64,000 nucleotides of DNA from Dimorphilus gyrociliatus (lineage: Eukaryota; Animalia; Annelida): assembly GCA_904063045.1 (NCBI GenBank), contig CAJFCJ010000007.1, positions 2,673,404-2,737,403 on the forward strand, given 5' to 3'. Positions 36,432 to 49,854 of the stretch are shown here, in pieces. How positions within the stretch are numbered: the first letter of the stretch is position 1; every line of letters begins with the position of its first letter. The notes under the pieces were generated by a model. That model worked only from the letters and a program-made list of their open reading frames with translations. It ran no database searches and was not told the DNA's origin. The translations under genes were made by a program, and so were the position numbers.

Positions 36432-36587
36432 TTATAAAATAAGTCATTCCCGCCAAATAATTTTTATTCGAAAAAAAGAAAAATAAACTGAAAATAAACC
36501 GGTATTCATGTGTGTTTTTCCATACTATATTTTAAAAAATTGGGCTATCAAGTGTAATAGCAATAATAGTATAATTTAAACTTTATA

Positions 36588-38574
36588 ATGAGCTATTATG
36601 ATCGAAACTTAGAACCTTGCAATTTCCGCCCTCTTATTTCTTTTCCTTTATCACCAAGTGACATAAAAAAGCTATTACAAGGTGGTTTTCAAACTGTTGG
36701 AAATATTTTTGATTATAGCCCAAAGCAGTTATCAACGGGTTAGTTTTAGTCTTATTAATATATAAAGCGTTATAAAATGTTTTAAAAAAACAGAATTAGA
36801 AATAGACGAGGAAGATGCGAAGAGAATATTAGATATAATTAGAAAAAGACAACAGCCTAAAATTAGTTGTCCACCCCGTCAAAGCGAATGTCCTTCAATC
36901 ATGACTTTTTCCTATCACCTAGATGCCTTATTGGGTAACGGATTCCTTGTCGGTCACTTAACGGAAATTGTTGGGCCGCCTGGTATTGGAAAAACTCAAC
37001 TGTGGTTTGTACAATATCTCTAAACAGCTTATCCTATAACTACATTAGTTTATTAAGAAAACTCTTATACAAAAAATCCTATTATCACCACCTTGAGTCT
37101 GAACGCTACTGAGTCTATCGCTTAATAATATGCTCAATATGATAAATAATTAGACTAATTGCTTTTTCTCTGCCTATTTACTGAAGATGCATGTACTAAT
37201 TATATCTTATTCTTCCAAGTACAAATTTTCTTTTTGTATTTATCTTCTCAATCTTTACTAATTGGATTTCATAACTATTCTCTTAGCGAATGTCAAATTT
37301 TCCCCAAAAGATACAGACTTAATTAAATTAATATTCCGAATTTTTCATAGAACTATAAAGGAAAAAAATCTACGTTATTCTCTCGACGTGTCTTTGTATA
37401 GTTAAATATAGAATGGCTTGAACTATTTTTATACAGAATAATTACAGGAAATATGGGTTTATTTATAACTTCTCACTTTTACTTTTTCACAACAGTATGC
37501 AGATTTGCGTTAATGTTCAGTTACCGAATTTCGTCAGGGGTTTAGAAAGCGAAAGCATGTTTATTGATACCGAAGGTAGTTTTACAGCATCAAGGATGAA
37601 TCAGATTGCTGCTGCAACGGTACGACAGTGTAAGAATATACACGCTCCAATGCCTCAAGGTAGAGGGAATCTTGTGTTCTATAGTTATATAGAAGCAAAT
37701 GCACGTCATTGTTATGACTTAAACAAATCCAATTCCTTTTTATTCATGATAGAAAACAGGACGAAATTAGATTCTTTGGAGACGGAAAACTTACTATTCA
37801 GCACTCATTATCAAAGGGTTCTAGGGTACTTGGAATTAAAAGCAATCGTTAACTGCTTAGCATCATATATAGAATCAAATAAAAAGGTTTGTAAAAAATC
37901 ACAAACATTCTCCCTTCCTAATAATAGATGGCGCAAGTGTATTATTGAAGTAATAATTATGTAAATTATAGAAAATTATATTTGTTTAAGTAAGCTGACA
38001 GCTAAGTTTTATATATGATTGAGTAGACTTTACGATTTCGTAGATTCGATTAATCGTCATCGACAGCATAGCGTTTCCAATTCGTTGCGAGAAAATAGAG
38101 CAAAGAAGATCTACAACAGAATTGGTTGATATCACGCAAAAACTATTTAACGTTGCCCAAAAGTATTCCGTAGCTGTAAGTTTATAAGTTTATCTAATAC
38201 AAAATGCCAGTCTCATATTGAAAAGAACAGATAGTAGTAACAAATCACGTTACTGTGGAACATAACGCAGCATTGGGCGAACAATGGAATCACTTATGCA
38301 ATTCAAGGCTTCAACTATCTTGGAATGGAACTTGCCGTCTAGCAACGTTAAAAAAGCATCCATATTTGCCGTTAAAAACAACCCCTTTTCAAGTTGTTGT
38401 TAGTATAGATATTCGATTTTTTTCATTTAGTTTTTTTAAACAGTTTATAGATTAAATCTGTTTTATTTTTTTACTAAGGAAAACGGAATTCGTGATTGCA
38501 GAAAGGCAGATTTAAACGAAAATAAGGATAATTATTATCAATATAATTACTTGAATAGGGTCAATATTGAATAA
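36588..38574 (+). CDS. RAD51C: RAD51 paralogue C
   Basis: LISFPLSPSDIKKLLQGGFQTV (RAD51C-type N-terminus), Walker A GPPGIGKTQL, MQICVNVQLP..FIDTEGSF, VIDSIAFPIR, ALGEQWNH. About 7 exons; stop at 38572-38574. Confidence 0.9.
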
Positions 38575-38777
38575 ACAATTGATATTATGTAACTACGTTA
38601 TATTTGTAATTTACGCTCGTTTCATGTAGCAAACAAACATTCATTGAACGTTTTATGGAACACTTTCGAGCGCTCATGTACAATTATGGACAATAAACAA
38701 TTCACGTTCCAACAAATAACATGTAATCAATTCTATTCATTATAAACAATCGCACTGTATGCAAATAAAAAAGACGA

Positions 38778-41700
38778 TCACACCCTGGTTGCATTGCCAA
38801 TTACATAGACTGAAGCGGGGTTTGAATCCACCTTTTTACTGGAACTAGACGATGAGGCTGCTCCTCTTGGCAGGTAATGAAATTCAAAGTTTCGTGGAGC
38901 TAATTGAGTTTTGCGGAGAGACGGCACTGTTGTAAAAGATAAAACAAATTATTTGAAATAAGAGAACAATTTCAAGTACATGATTTCTTTAACATGTTAA
39001 ACTAAAATTATTACTGAGCTACAAGCATCAGTTGTCATGCATGCTTAAAGAAAGCACTATCTTTATCAAGATCACACTTCTCTCTTACTAAGAGAGTAAT
39101 AAAGTAAAATAAAAAAAGGAATATTCTTCTAGTACAGTATATAATAAAACGATCAAAAGCTAATGATTAGTAAAAAAAAGTTAGCAAAGGGAATATTTTT
39201 TTTTTCAGTCTTTTACGAAAATGTAAATCACAAACGCTGACGCATTTTGAAATTGACCAAAAGAATTGTTTAATGGAAAATAAAACATCATAATAGACAC
39301 TCACAATGGAACTCTTCTCCTCAGCAATACGCGTTGAATTTAGTGATATGACTGAAAAAATAAAAGAAAAAAATAGCTACCATCAACTTTCCGAAAATCA
39401 ACCTTTGAAACGCAATTATATACGAGAGATGACAACGCAATCACAGAAACAGCACGAGATTGTGTAATTAGATTAACTTGATAATTTTACTTACCGTATC
39501 CCATTCCTTGAAGAAATAGACGTAGCGACTCAGTCAATTTTCCGGGCTGCTCCTCTAAGACAAGACCACCGCAATCGTACTTTATCCAAGTGGAATTTGT
39601 TGGATCTAAACGTGCGTTCATAGCCACAGTGTCATTTAGGTGGGGCGAATGATCGCTCGTGACTAGCATAACAGGGCATCGTATCATCCTAGCTGCTTTT
39701 TTCTTTGATGGTAAAACCTTGACAAGAGAAAAAAAATTAACGAGCTACAGTAAATCTACTTGGAAGGAAGACGATAAGCGATAATAGACCGATACAATTG
39801 ACGAATAGCAGAGCGGTTTTCAGACACACTGGCATTCGTTAAATTCTAGTACAAACATTCTAATGCAATCAGCTCAAAACGGCTTGCGGACGTCACTTTG
39901 CGCCTTTCGTACAACTGTAATGAAATAAAGTTTACAAACCTCTCTGACGATGTCCAAATCAGTGCGTTTCACATATGAATCAATAAGATGTCCCAAATTA
40001 TACGGATTGATGTGTTTAATATATGTAGAATAAGCGTTAACCAAATCGTAATTCGTGTCTACCGTCTTAGTTCCAAACCAGTGCCACAGAAGGTATTCCT
40101 CTACTCCATCTGTCAATCGGCCTCGACACAAGTGGTAAATATTCATCTAAAATATTTCAACACCTATTAACTAAGCCATGCGTTAATGTATCAACATTAT
40201 ATACTTGTACTGTATATTTCTACTCTTAGTAAAATTACCTTTTGATACGCCCACTCAGTCCAACCGGCTTTAGATGCTGTACAGTTGATCAAAATCAGAC
40301 CTTCCACTTTATCGGGATGAGATAGCTGTTAGAAATAAGCTTTCGTAATAGAACAGAGACAAAGTTCAGAAATTCCCTCTTCCACTTTTTGCCAGCAAAA
40401 CAAAGACTAAGAGGCAGTAATTAAATTAAACATCTCTTAGTCGGTATTATTATTTTGCGTCAAAGAAGGAAGCTAAAGTCTGTTAAGCCAAAGGATTATG
40501 GTATCTTATTGAATTAATAAAGATAAACTTTCCCAGTAGCATTTATTGTTTATGAAAAACTGAAGAACTAATATAAATAAAAACGATCCATCTCTACCTA
40601 ATGTTTACAAGTGCAATACAACTTTAAGCCGCAAATGGTATTGACATTAAGTGACATCAAATGGTTTGTCAGAGGGCGTTACTAAAGTTTCAAATCTCCT
40701 TATTATTTGAGTCATCCTCTATATAAGCTTAAATAAGTAGGATATAGACTTATCTAGATAAATGTTTCCTTGCAAATAAATTACTCTATCAAAATATTTT
40801 GCTGGCAATTCGGAAAAGATTCTGGTGTTTCTTACCGCAAATCTGCATAAAATATTCCCTCCCGCTCCAGAACCGAATCCAATAAACCGGTCGATGCTGT
40901 TAACAAGTTCACAATTATTTACTTTACTAGCACGTTATTCAATTTAGTATAAAGTATATCGAAGTCGTACTTGTAATGCTCCATGATGAACCAAATCATT
41001 TCAGCCAGTTTATCCATGGAAGGATAGGTATCGCTTTAAAGAAAAATCAATCACTGTCAAGTTTTATCCAAATTTTCTTGATATATATATATATATATAT
41101 AAATTTATATATTCTCAAAACTAAACCGAAGAATATAAATAAGAATACAACAAAAACTGACCATAAAAGCATAAAAGAAGTAAATATATCGTGGATATAA
41201 TGTACAATATACAATATATTCTATATTTGTTTTTATTTACTGAATAAATGAATATAATAATAACAGCAACAACTAAAATATATAAGTAAATAAAAATGTA
41301 AATGAAATAAAACCCAATCAACATGCAAGTGAAAACATTCACACAAACCTTCCTTCGAGGTTCGAATTGTTTTCCGTCAATCCTACACTGATGAAATCAA
41401 CAAAAACAGTTATTCGCGATAACAAGATAAAACGCTTACAAAATAAATATACAGAATATCAAAGAGGATAGAAACCTAGTCGACAGGCTCAAATAAAAAC
41501 GAAAATGGAATAAAAACAAAGAGGAGATAAGAGTTATGATATAAAGACAGCAGCATATGCCATCTAAACTACAAGCACGCAATGCCTACGGGATACGAAA
41601 TAAACTTGACGTGCAAAGTAAATAAGTTTCGCCTAACACGTAAAAAACCTGCGTCTATAGATGTTTTGTGCATCGACGGAAACAATGACTTCACGTGGTT

Positions 41701-43815
41701 GGCTATTTTTAATTTTTAATAATCTCTTATAAAAAATAGCATTATACAGATATAAATAAACGCACACACACACACACACACGCTTATTCTGTATATATAT
41801 AAAGATATACTCTATAAACTATATATAAATCTGAAGATAAAGGATGATTTTAATAATATAAGTACAGTAAATATAATAAGAACAATTGTGGTAAAAAAGG
41901 AATAGTATTTATAATACATTTATAGCATTAGAATAGTATTAGTATTATGCATTTATTCATTTTAATTACACACGAGATGAAAATCTGACAAAGAATCTTT
42001 TCTTTTCAAAAGGTTTTCCATTAGAGATGATACACCTTTTAATCATGTGAAAAGGGTCATTCGGTCAATGTCGAGAAAAAATTATGAACTAACAAGTAGA
42101 TAATCAAACAAAAGCTATACAGACTCACGAACGTGTACTCTTTTCGTAAACATTCACGTCAAAAGAGCGATGTATAGTTAGAAAACAAAACGTAGAGATG
42201 AATTAAGTGGAATAAAATTGAACAAACCCTTGCAGATATGACATATACATTGTTATAACGTTTATTCTCTTAATTTATAAATAAAGTATGATAAATCGTA
42301 GAGAATATCAATAGTTGCTTAATTTAGATATAGAATAAGGTGTACATAGTTCGTGACTTGTGTACATAAAGAAAATCAAAGGAAATCCTTTAAAAGTATC
42401 TAGCTATTAAGGGTAAAGCAATTCTTAACAATTTCTATTGCTAGTTTATTCAATATCTTTATAAAATTTTCTTACACTTTAAAAACGTCTACCGATTTCA
42501 GATCACGTAACATTTTAAGATGTTTGACTAAAGTGTATCTTTTATTCAGTAGATTTTATGGCTATGTGTTAGCTCTTGAATTTTATATATTAAGATATTT
42601 TGTACAATAAATTACCTTGAAAAAAAAAAATAGATGAATACTTTCAAATATTAATTAATTTAGAACAAAAGACAAATTTATCTCCATTTAACGTCCCTTG
42701 TTGTTAACTCTAGCTTATGGATTTTAGAATTAGGCTTCTGTAGAAAATAAAACTTTGAAAAAAAATTAATGGCTTTGCATTAAGTGCTATTTTTTTTCAC
42801 TCTATCAAACAAAAATAAAAAACTGTACTTTTAAATAAATCAACCGTCTGCTTTAACTTTTCAAAAGAAAAAAATACAAACTGAACTTTAACAAAGACCG
42901 TTCTAAGCTTCTAAAGTAGATGAAATTAACCGTCGAGTGCAGTTCAATACACATCAAGTATTAACTGTACCAGATAACCCGCAACATGCTATTATCGAAT
43001 CAATCTAAATTTGGGTCGCATTAGCTAAATACTATTGAACGCCCGAGCCGGCGGCTATAACTTCACTTTAATCAACTTTAAATCGATTTTTGCGACCCTA
43101 TTAACACTTAAGATTCTGTCATATACGGACTTCCCCCTTATAAATTATTCATCAAGAATATATGAATAACCAAAATTTTTGAAGACAAAGATTAAAGTAA
43201 CCTTCTTCGATACGATATCGACGAGCGTAGGATCTATAATTATACTTGACTGAGTTTACAAAGGGAAACTTACAATTCGCATAGCCACTGTATATCATAC
43301 AACGTCAAGGTCAATGATATCATGGTAACAACGGTGAATGTTTACGTAGTCTCATCGAAATTGGATAAAATTGATTATCCTAGTAGATTGTAAAATAAAT
43401 AATAAATATGGGCTTACTTTGAACTGAACAACGGTGCACCATCTTCCTGGCCTGGTGCATTAATATGATAAATGGTAAAGCTCTTTAAGATTGGAATCAT
43501 ATCTGGGTAGTTGAAATATCCTCCAAAAGTGCTCATGGCTGTGATGGACATAAAAAGGATAAATGCGTATAATCTAGATAAGAAACATGTGCTCTTCAAG
43601 ATACCATTTAATCCGATGTCATGAAAAGTAAAAATTGCTGGCTTTTTGCTCGAGACATCTCCTTGAACTTGGACCTTTACTTTACAACAACTACCTGCAT
43701 CAATATAATCTTCTTGGGTAATTATTTCATTGACATCTCTCTTCAATGCATCCGGTGTCTTTTCTGTAAGCTGGGTACATTCCAAATCGACTTCGGTCAC
43801 TAGCTTCCTCGACAT
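38778..43815 (-). CDS. NDRG: NDRG family alpha/beta-hydrolase-fold protein
   Basis: PAIFTFHDIGLN, HINAPGQEDGAP, YPSMDKLAEMI, GFGSGAGGNILCRFA, HPDKVEGLILIN, CGGLVLEEQPGKLTESLRLFLQGMGY. Terminal exon 38926-38778 ends ...GNATRV*. Confidence 0.93.
41763..41781. repeat. (CA)n microsatellite in the NDRG intron
   Basis: About 9 CA units read directly. Confidence 0.85.
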
Positions 43816-43991
43816 GTCTCAATGATATATATCTATTTGAAGGTCGATGTGAGCGTTAGATGACTATATTGTAATAAAACTTACAGAATAATTAACAAAT
43901 TTTTTCCTTTAAAAAAAAAAAAAGCAATTCTGAACGGAAACGGAAACGCCTTCTAAATTTGTAAAAAGTCGTACGATTGGTCAGAATTTAG

Positions 43992-44000
43992 GTCACGTGA
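43992..44000. promoter_or_regulatory. E-box GTCACGTGA (USF/MiT-TFE CLEAR-type) in the NDRG/GOT2 divergent promoter
   Basis: Motif read directly, in the 414-nt gap between ATGs at 43815 (-) and 44230 (+). Confidence 0.45.
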
Positions 44001-44229
44001 TTATAAATCTCTAGCCACTAACGTCAGAATTTAATTTACTGGACAGTTTTCTTGTCATTTTTCGGGAAAAGGTTGTTTGTGAATAAAAATTCTTTCGAAT
44101 TTTGAAATTTAATTGCTTTTTACATTTATGATTTAAGCAAATTCAACAAACTGGTGTTGAAAGGTTTGTAAGCAATCAGACGATTGGTTTAAAACTTTTA
44201 CCCTCCGAAGGTCCTTGACACTCTACGAC

Positions 44230-45698
44230 ATGGCGGTATTCCTCAGAAAATCTACAAATATTTCCAAATACCTGTTTTCGAACGCGAAACTTGCCAGCGT
44301 TTACAGTTCGAGAATTATCGGGTAAGTCAGATTAGCGAATCTCCAAATCTATATTAAGCTGTCCAAGTGTAACAATGATAAGTTACACAAAAATTTTACG
44401 AATTTGTCTTATTTCTGGTTCAGATGCCCAAAATCAACATGGGAAAACGTAGAGATGGGCCCACCAGATGCTATTCTTGGTCTTACAGAGGCTTTCAAGA
44501 GCGATACGAGTGCAAACAAAGTCAATTTGGGTGTTGGAGCGTATAGAGATGACGATGGAAAACCGTGGGTTTTACCAAGTGTAAGAGAAGCTGAAAGGAT
44601 TATGACCGATAATAAACTGGAAAAAGAATATGCTGGAATTGCAGGATTTCCCGAATACACTAAATATTGTGCCCAATTAACATTTGGTGAAGATTCAGAG
44701 GTTGTCAAAGAAGGATTAAACTCTACAACAGCAGCTGTTGCTGGAACTGGAGCTCTTCGAATTGGTGCAGAGTTTATCTCCCGCTGGTACAAACCATCAA
44801 AATGTATTTATTTGCCAACGCCAACTTGGGGAAACCATAAGCCGATTTTTAGGGACGCTGGCCTAGAATTGAAAGAGTATCGCTATTATAATCCGAAAAC
44901 AGTTGGTTTCGACTTTGAAGGTTGTATGGAGGACTTGTCACGCATACCGGACAATTCTATTGTACTACTTCATGCTTGTGCTCATAATCCTACTGGTATA
45001 GATCCAAAACCTGAAAATTGGCGCGAAATGAGCCAGCTGTTTAAAAAAAAGCAGTTTTTAGCTTATTTCGATATGGCTTATCAAGGATTTGCCAGCGGTG
45101 ATACAGACAGAGACGCTTTTGCTATTCGTCACTTTGCATCCGAACGCATACCTATTGTCGTTGCTCAATCTTTCAGCAAAAATTTTGGTCTGTACGGCGA
45201 AAGAGCAGGTACATTTACAGTTGTGTCGCAAACAGCCGAAGAGCAAGCAAGAGTTACAAGTCAACTGAAAATACTTATTAGACCGTTGTATAGTAATCCG
45301 CCGATTAACGGAATGCGAATAGTCACGCAAATTCTCTCTTCCAAAGAGTTAAAACAAAAGTGGATGTCTGATGTAGTGACTATGGCCGATCGCATCATTT
45401 CCATGAGACAACTGCTCGTCGACAACTTGGCTAAATTGGGTTCTTCTCACAACTGGTCTCACATCACTGATCAAATTGGAATGTTTTGCTTCACTGGTCT
45501 AAATACATCACAGGTTAGTAACAAAGTGTGCTAAGTTTTAATAAGTGTCCAATATCCTACGCAATCGCTTTTCAGGTGGAACGATTAACCAAAGAATTCC
45601 ACGTTTATATGACGAAAGACGGTCGCATTTCGATGGCGGGAGTTACTACAAAAAATGTTGAATATGTTGCCAAGGCAATTCACGAAGTGTCAAAGTAA
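44230..45698 (+). CDS. GOT2: Mitochondrial aspartate aminotransferase, 3 exons
   Basis: Exon 1 is a basic, acid-free presequence ([31 protein letters not shown]). Then [48 protein letters not shown]-lysine motif [24 protein letters not shown]; stop 45696-45698. Confidence 0.96.
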
Positions 45699-47338
45699 AA
45701 CAACTTCAATTGCTATAAAAACTAAAGATATACGGAATAAAGATTAATATTTCAAAGAAAACTTTTATATGATGATGACTACGCAAACACAAAACGTCAC
45801 ACTTAACGCCCTCGTAATTAAGCAAAATATTTGCGTGACACAATGCAGTTTGCTGATTACGCATATCATACTAGCAAAAAAATCTTATAGGCGTGTCTAA
45901 ATGGTTGTTTTCGAATCAGTCTATAGGTTTTTATATTTCGAAAGAGACGAATGGTCAAGTCGATAGAGTTTAGCGCCTTTAGAACTCTCGAGCGGCACCG
46001 TTTCAAGTCGGAAAGGAAATTGTCGTGACAAGCGTTTATTCCTAGGAGAGCTCCTATACCTTGGCCGCTTTTCGCTAACGATGTCTGACGGCGTAACCTT
46101 CGGCTCGACCGCAACGATCCGCTAATAAAGCTTTGTATAGCAGTATGAAGCGAGACATTGGTACAAAGAGGGAAAATGATAAGAGTAAAAAGAAATATTT
46201 CTTTATGAGCGTTGTTTAAACGCCGTTTTACATTTAGCAATTCGCTGATTGATTTAGCTCGTTCTTTGATCGATTAGGACTACCGAAGTGCGTTTTTTTT
46301 ACCGTGAAAAAATTTTCTAATTATGTATACGAAAAAACGCCCTGTAAATTATGTATGGGAGGCGAAAGGCGGCGTCGCTGAGGGAATTTTATAAATATAG
46401 AGTCTTCATCTCACCCTTTTGATATAGCAAGTGATATCATATGTCAGATAAGTTATGACAACTGCACTGTTAAATATTATCATAGCTTCTTGATTGTTTG
46501 CTTGGTCAGGTGATATTTAGTAGAACCTTACTTATAAATATATATATATACTATGTTTATTTACATTTATATGTGCCTATGTATATAGAAAGAAACACAG
46601 AGATGTATTCATCTTGTAGAGGAGAGAGAGAGAGGGAGGGAGGGAGAAAGCTAGAGATCATACACTATTTTATATAGTAAATATAACGTTCTCTGTGTAT
46701 ACATACCCATTAAATATAGTATATATATATTAGTATATATGTATTGTATATATATGATTTATATGTGATATATATATATATATATATATATCATATGTTT
46801 AGTTTATCTAGACATCATATTTATATATGAACTATATACAGCATATCACTGTTGATAAAAAGAATACATGTATAGATATAAACATATATATATATATATA
46901 TCGTACGAGGCCTTTTGATGCAGCCGATGCAATTAAGTATTGGTGTAGAATGTTTCTTTTATCTGCACGACCGTATAAAATGGAATTTGACCGTCTCGAA
47001 GAATCAATATATCTATATAGATTTATATTATATATTTTGCGCGCTCCGCCCTGCTAATTCGCCCATTAGAGATGGTGTTTATGAGTACAAAGTTATGAGA
47101 AAGTAAAAAAGAAGGAAGGAATCGATATTCCCGATATAAGCGGTCTCGACTGCGCATCCATATTACGATTATTCTTAAATATAAAGAAATGAAAGAAAGG
47201 GGGAAGGCCGGCAAGGATTTGTCGATCGTTTTATATTATTGCAGTGACGCTAGCCAGGTGCCTTTGGTCGATTACAACGCCGTCTAGCGTCATAAGCCAC
47301 TGCAGTCAGTACTGCAGATCGACTCGGCGTAATGCCCG

Positions 47339-48484
47339 ATGGCTGGCGATGTCTTCGTCTACACTCTTTTCTCATTACTCGCCGCCACCACCACAGCTTC
47401 GCGATCTTGGGGTGTCAGCTCTTACCATCCAAAACCTTGCATCTTTCAGGGTCATGTAACGACCCGAGGCGATTGGTACGGATTTTTAGCAAATATTACC
47501 ATCGGACGTAGTGGAAGAGTTTTGTTCGATTTTCGTTTCCCGGCAAATCATTGCTGTCCAACAGTGTTATTTTATACTGACGATCAAGTCCATGGATTGG
47601 CTAAGGATATGACCTGTTATTCAAAGAAAAAAAAGGCCGGAGCTCTCAAGGATCATCCACTTCATCTTTCTCCTCGCTTTGTTTACTCGGGATGTTTCAA
47701 AGAGAAAAAATTTGGTAGTGTTGATATGTACGTTTGTAAAGGTGGTATATCATTAGACCCCAACCCTCCTGTAGAGTCAATGGAAACTAGGTATTATATT
47801 GCCGTATCGCATTGTGCCGATGATAAATCCGGTCTCAACTTGCGTTACGAACTTAATGTTGAGGGTCATGTAGCAAAATGCAGAAATGGCCATCATCCAA
47901 CTACTTTAAATCCTCCTTTAAGACACCCATCCAGCGTTGACAGACTACATTCGGTCAAAGGCGGTCAAAAGGATGAGAAAAACATTTGCGTAATTAAAGG
48001 CGTTCTTAATACGACGGCCAGTTGGTATGGATGGTTAGCGAATTTCACGGTGGACAGAAACGGAGGATTTCGTTTTTCCTTTTCATATCCGTATGATATG
48101 CAAACTGAAAAGATCCTTCTCTATACGGATGCAGAAGCTCGCAAATTAAAATCGGAGATGCAGTGCCACGAAAAGACTTACGTTCTTCCCCCTGGCAGAG
48201 ACGGACAACGTCAGATAGATTTACGGTCGGACGCCGATTATAATGGCTGCAACACTGTTGATTCTCCTCAGGGATCATTGGTCGTTTGTGAAAAGGAGAG
48301 GGCATTCGAAAGGCCTGAATCTTGGCGTATGGCTGTTAGCAATTGCCATTTGAATAAGGGATTATGGTTAAATTACAAACTAGAATTGTTTGGTTTTCGT
48401 GGTAATCCATGCTGCGCGTGTAGAACTCAATTTTATGCCAGTCTTTTTATTCTACTTCGGCTTTTGACGTCTTTCTTCGGCTGA
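47339..48484 (+). CDS. Intronless secreted, probably GPI-anchored protein with two tandem TMEM145/GPR180-type luminal (GOLD-like) domains, 381 aa
   Basis: Signal peptide, then two ~150-aa repeats sharing G..tT...WyG.LANfT....G...F.F..P....vLfYtD...C..K...L.....sGC....vC...yyiAVS.C...GL.L.Y.L, the pattern of the TMEM145 N-terminal domain. It ends in a short hydrophobic tail with no 7TM region. Confidence 0.75.
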   Translation: MAGDVFVYTLFSLLAATTTASRSWGVSSYHPKPCIFQGHVTTRGDWYGFLANITIGRSGRVLFDFRFPANHCCPTVLFYTDDQVHGLAKDMTCYSKKKKAGALKDHPLHLSPRFVYSGCFKEKKFGSVDMYVCKGGISLDPNPPVESMETRYYIAVSHCADDKSGLNLRYELNVEGHVAKCRNGHHPTTLNPPLRHPSSVDRLHSVKGGQKDEKNICVIKGVLNTTASWYGWLANFTVDRNGGFRFSFSYPYDMQTEKILLYTDAEARKLKSEMQCHEKTYVLPPGRDGQRQIDLRSDADYNGCNTVDSPQGSLVVCEKERAFERPESWRMAVSNCHLNKGLWLNYKLELFGFRGNPCCACRTQFYASLFILLRLLTSFFG

Positions 48485-49854
48485 AGAATTCAAAGATGTC
48501 AGTCTTTGACTAAATGTACGTAAATGCACGCATTGAGTGACTGTGATAATTAAACCTATATATACGCATATACGGTATATATATATATAGTTTATCCTAT
48601 ATAATGCATCTAACCTGAGAAAAAAAATAACATTTCACAACAACACAAATAAAAATTAATAACAAAATAAAAGAAGTTGGATTGTTCCCCACTTATTGCT
48701 TAATATCAAAATAATCCAACTCTAATTGTTCTTTTTGACGCGACTGTTTTGTTTCTCTATATGGTGCCTAAAATAATTTATAAAAAAAGAAACGACAAAT
48801 CCTGCACATGCTGTACAGAAGAATGACTCAATAAAGAGTCTAACGGCGCTTATAGGTTCTGTTTCCGTTCCGAAAATATATAATTTATATACGTATATAA
48901 ACATACAGTATACTATAAAAAAATTGTCTGTTTTTCAAGGTATGTCTATAAAATGTGCAGTGTAAATGTATAAATATATATTGTATATGCATAGTACGTA
49001 TATTTACGTACAAGTATATGTAGATCATCTTAATTAAGTAACAAAATAAGAGTACACCAACTTTTTGCCTTTTTTGTCTAGGAAAATGTACGTTTGATCT
49101 TGTTTTTACAGAATTACAGTACATATACATGTATATATACATATTGTATACACATATACAGTATATACAGTATATATATACATTAAAATTATACGTAAAT
49201 TATGCAATTGTTTCATTTACTAGATACATCTATTTTTTTCTTTTCAACAACTTCTCTATATCTGCCTTCTCCTCCGCCCTTTTTCTTCTTCTTCTTCTTC
49301 TTTGTATTTTTCTCCTATATATACAAATATATTTCCCTTCTACGTATAATTTGTATGTATTCATATGTATATATTTATATACCGTTCATATAATCGTACA
49401 TGGGTCGAACGTAGTTTTATGTTTGTAGTGAGTGTATATACAAGAACTTTGTTTGAAAATAACGAGAATTCTTTTCCTTTTATAATATAATATATCGACA
49501 ATAGAATAAAAAATAGGATAGTTCAATATCGTTTTTATCATCATTATAATTCCAATACACTCGCAATGACTTTCCAAAGTAATTAGGCATAAAAAGTGTT
49601 CAATGAGTTCAAATTGGTGAAGCGTGCTTCCGTAATAGGCCTTATTTTGCCACTTTTACCCACCTTTTCTCGCCTTTTCTTTCTCCGTTAAGCCTCATTC
49701 GATAATCGAAAATTAGCGCCGTAGGCGCCATCTGTTTTGGCAAGAATTTATTAAAAGTCACGTTCGAAATTACAAAATCAGGTGTCGAGTATTGAAGAAT
49801 TGTTTGGAAAGAATTAGCGGCGGAATGGCGACTTATTTGCAAGAACAGCAGGCG

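Noticed and set aside
41640-41700. LFPSMHK in the NDRG long intron, resembling the YPSMDK exon (possible second mutually exclusive pair)
   Set aside because: The similarity is not in the frame required by the flanking splice phases and the acceptor is poor.
44409-45330. Minus-strand ORFs of 127 and 90 aa over GOT2
   Set aside because: Antisense shadows of the GOT2 coding exon.
48885-49577. Several 60-99 aa Tyr/Ile/Phe-rich ORFs (also 33085-33908, 40976-41342, 55474-55662, 62085-62360)
   Set aside because: They translate (AT)n-rich, low-complexity noncoding DNA; no credible start or splice context.
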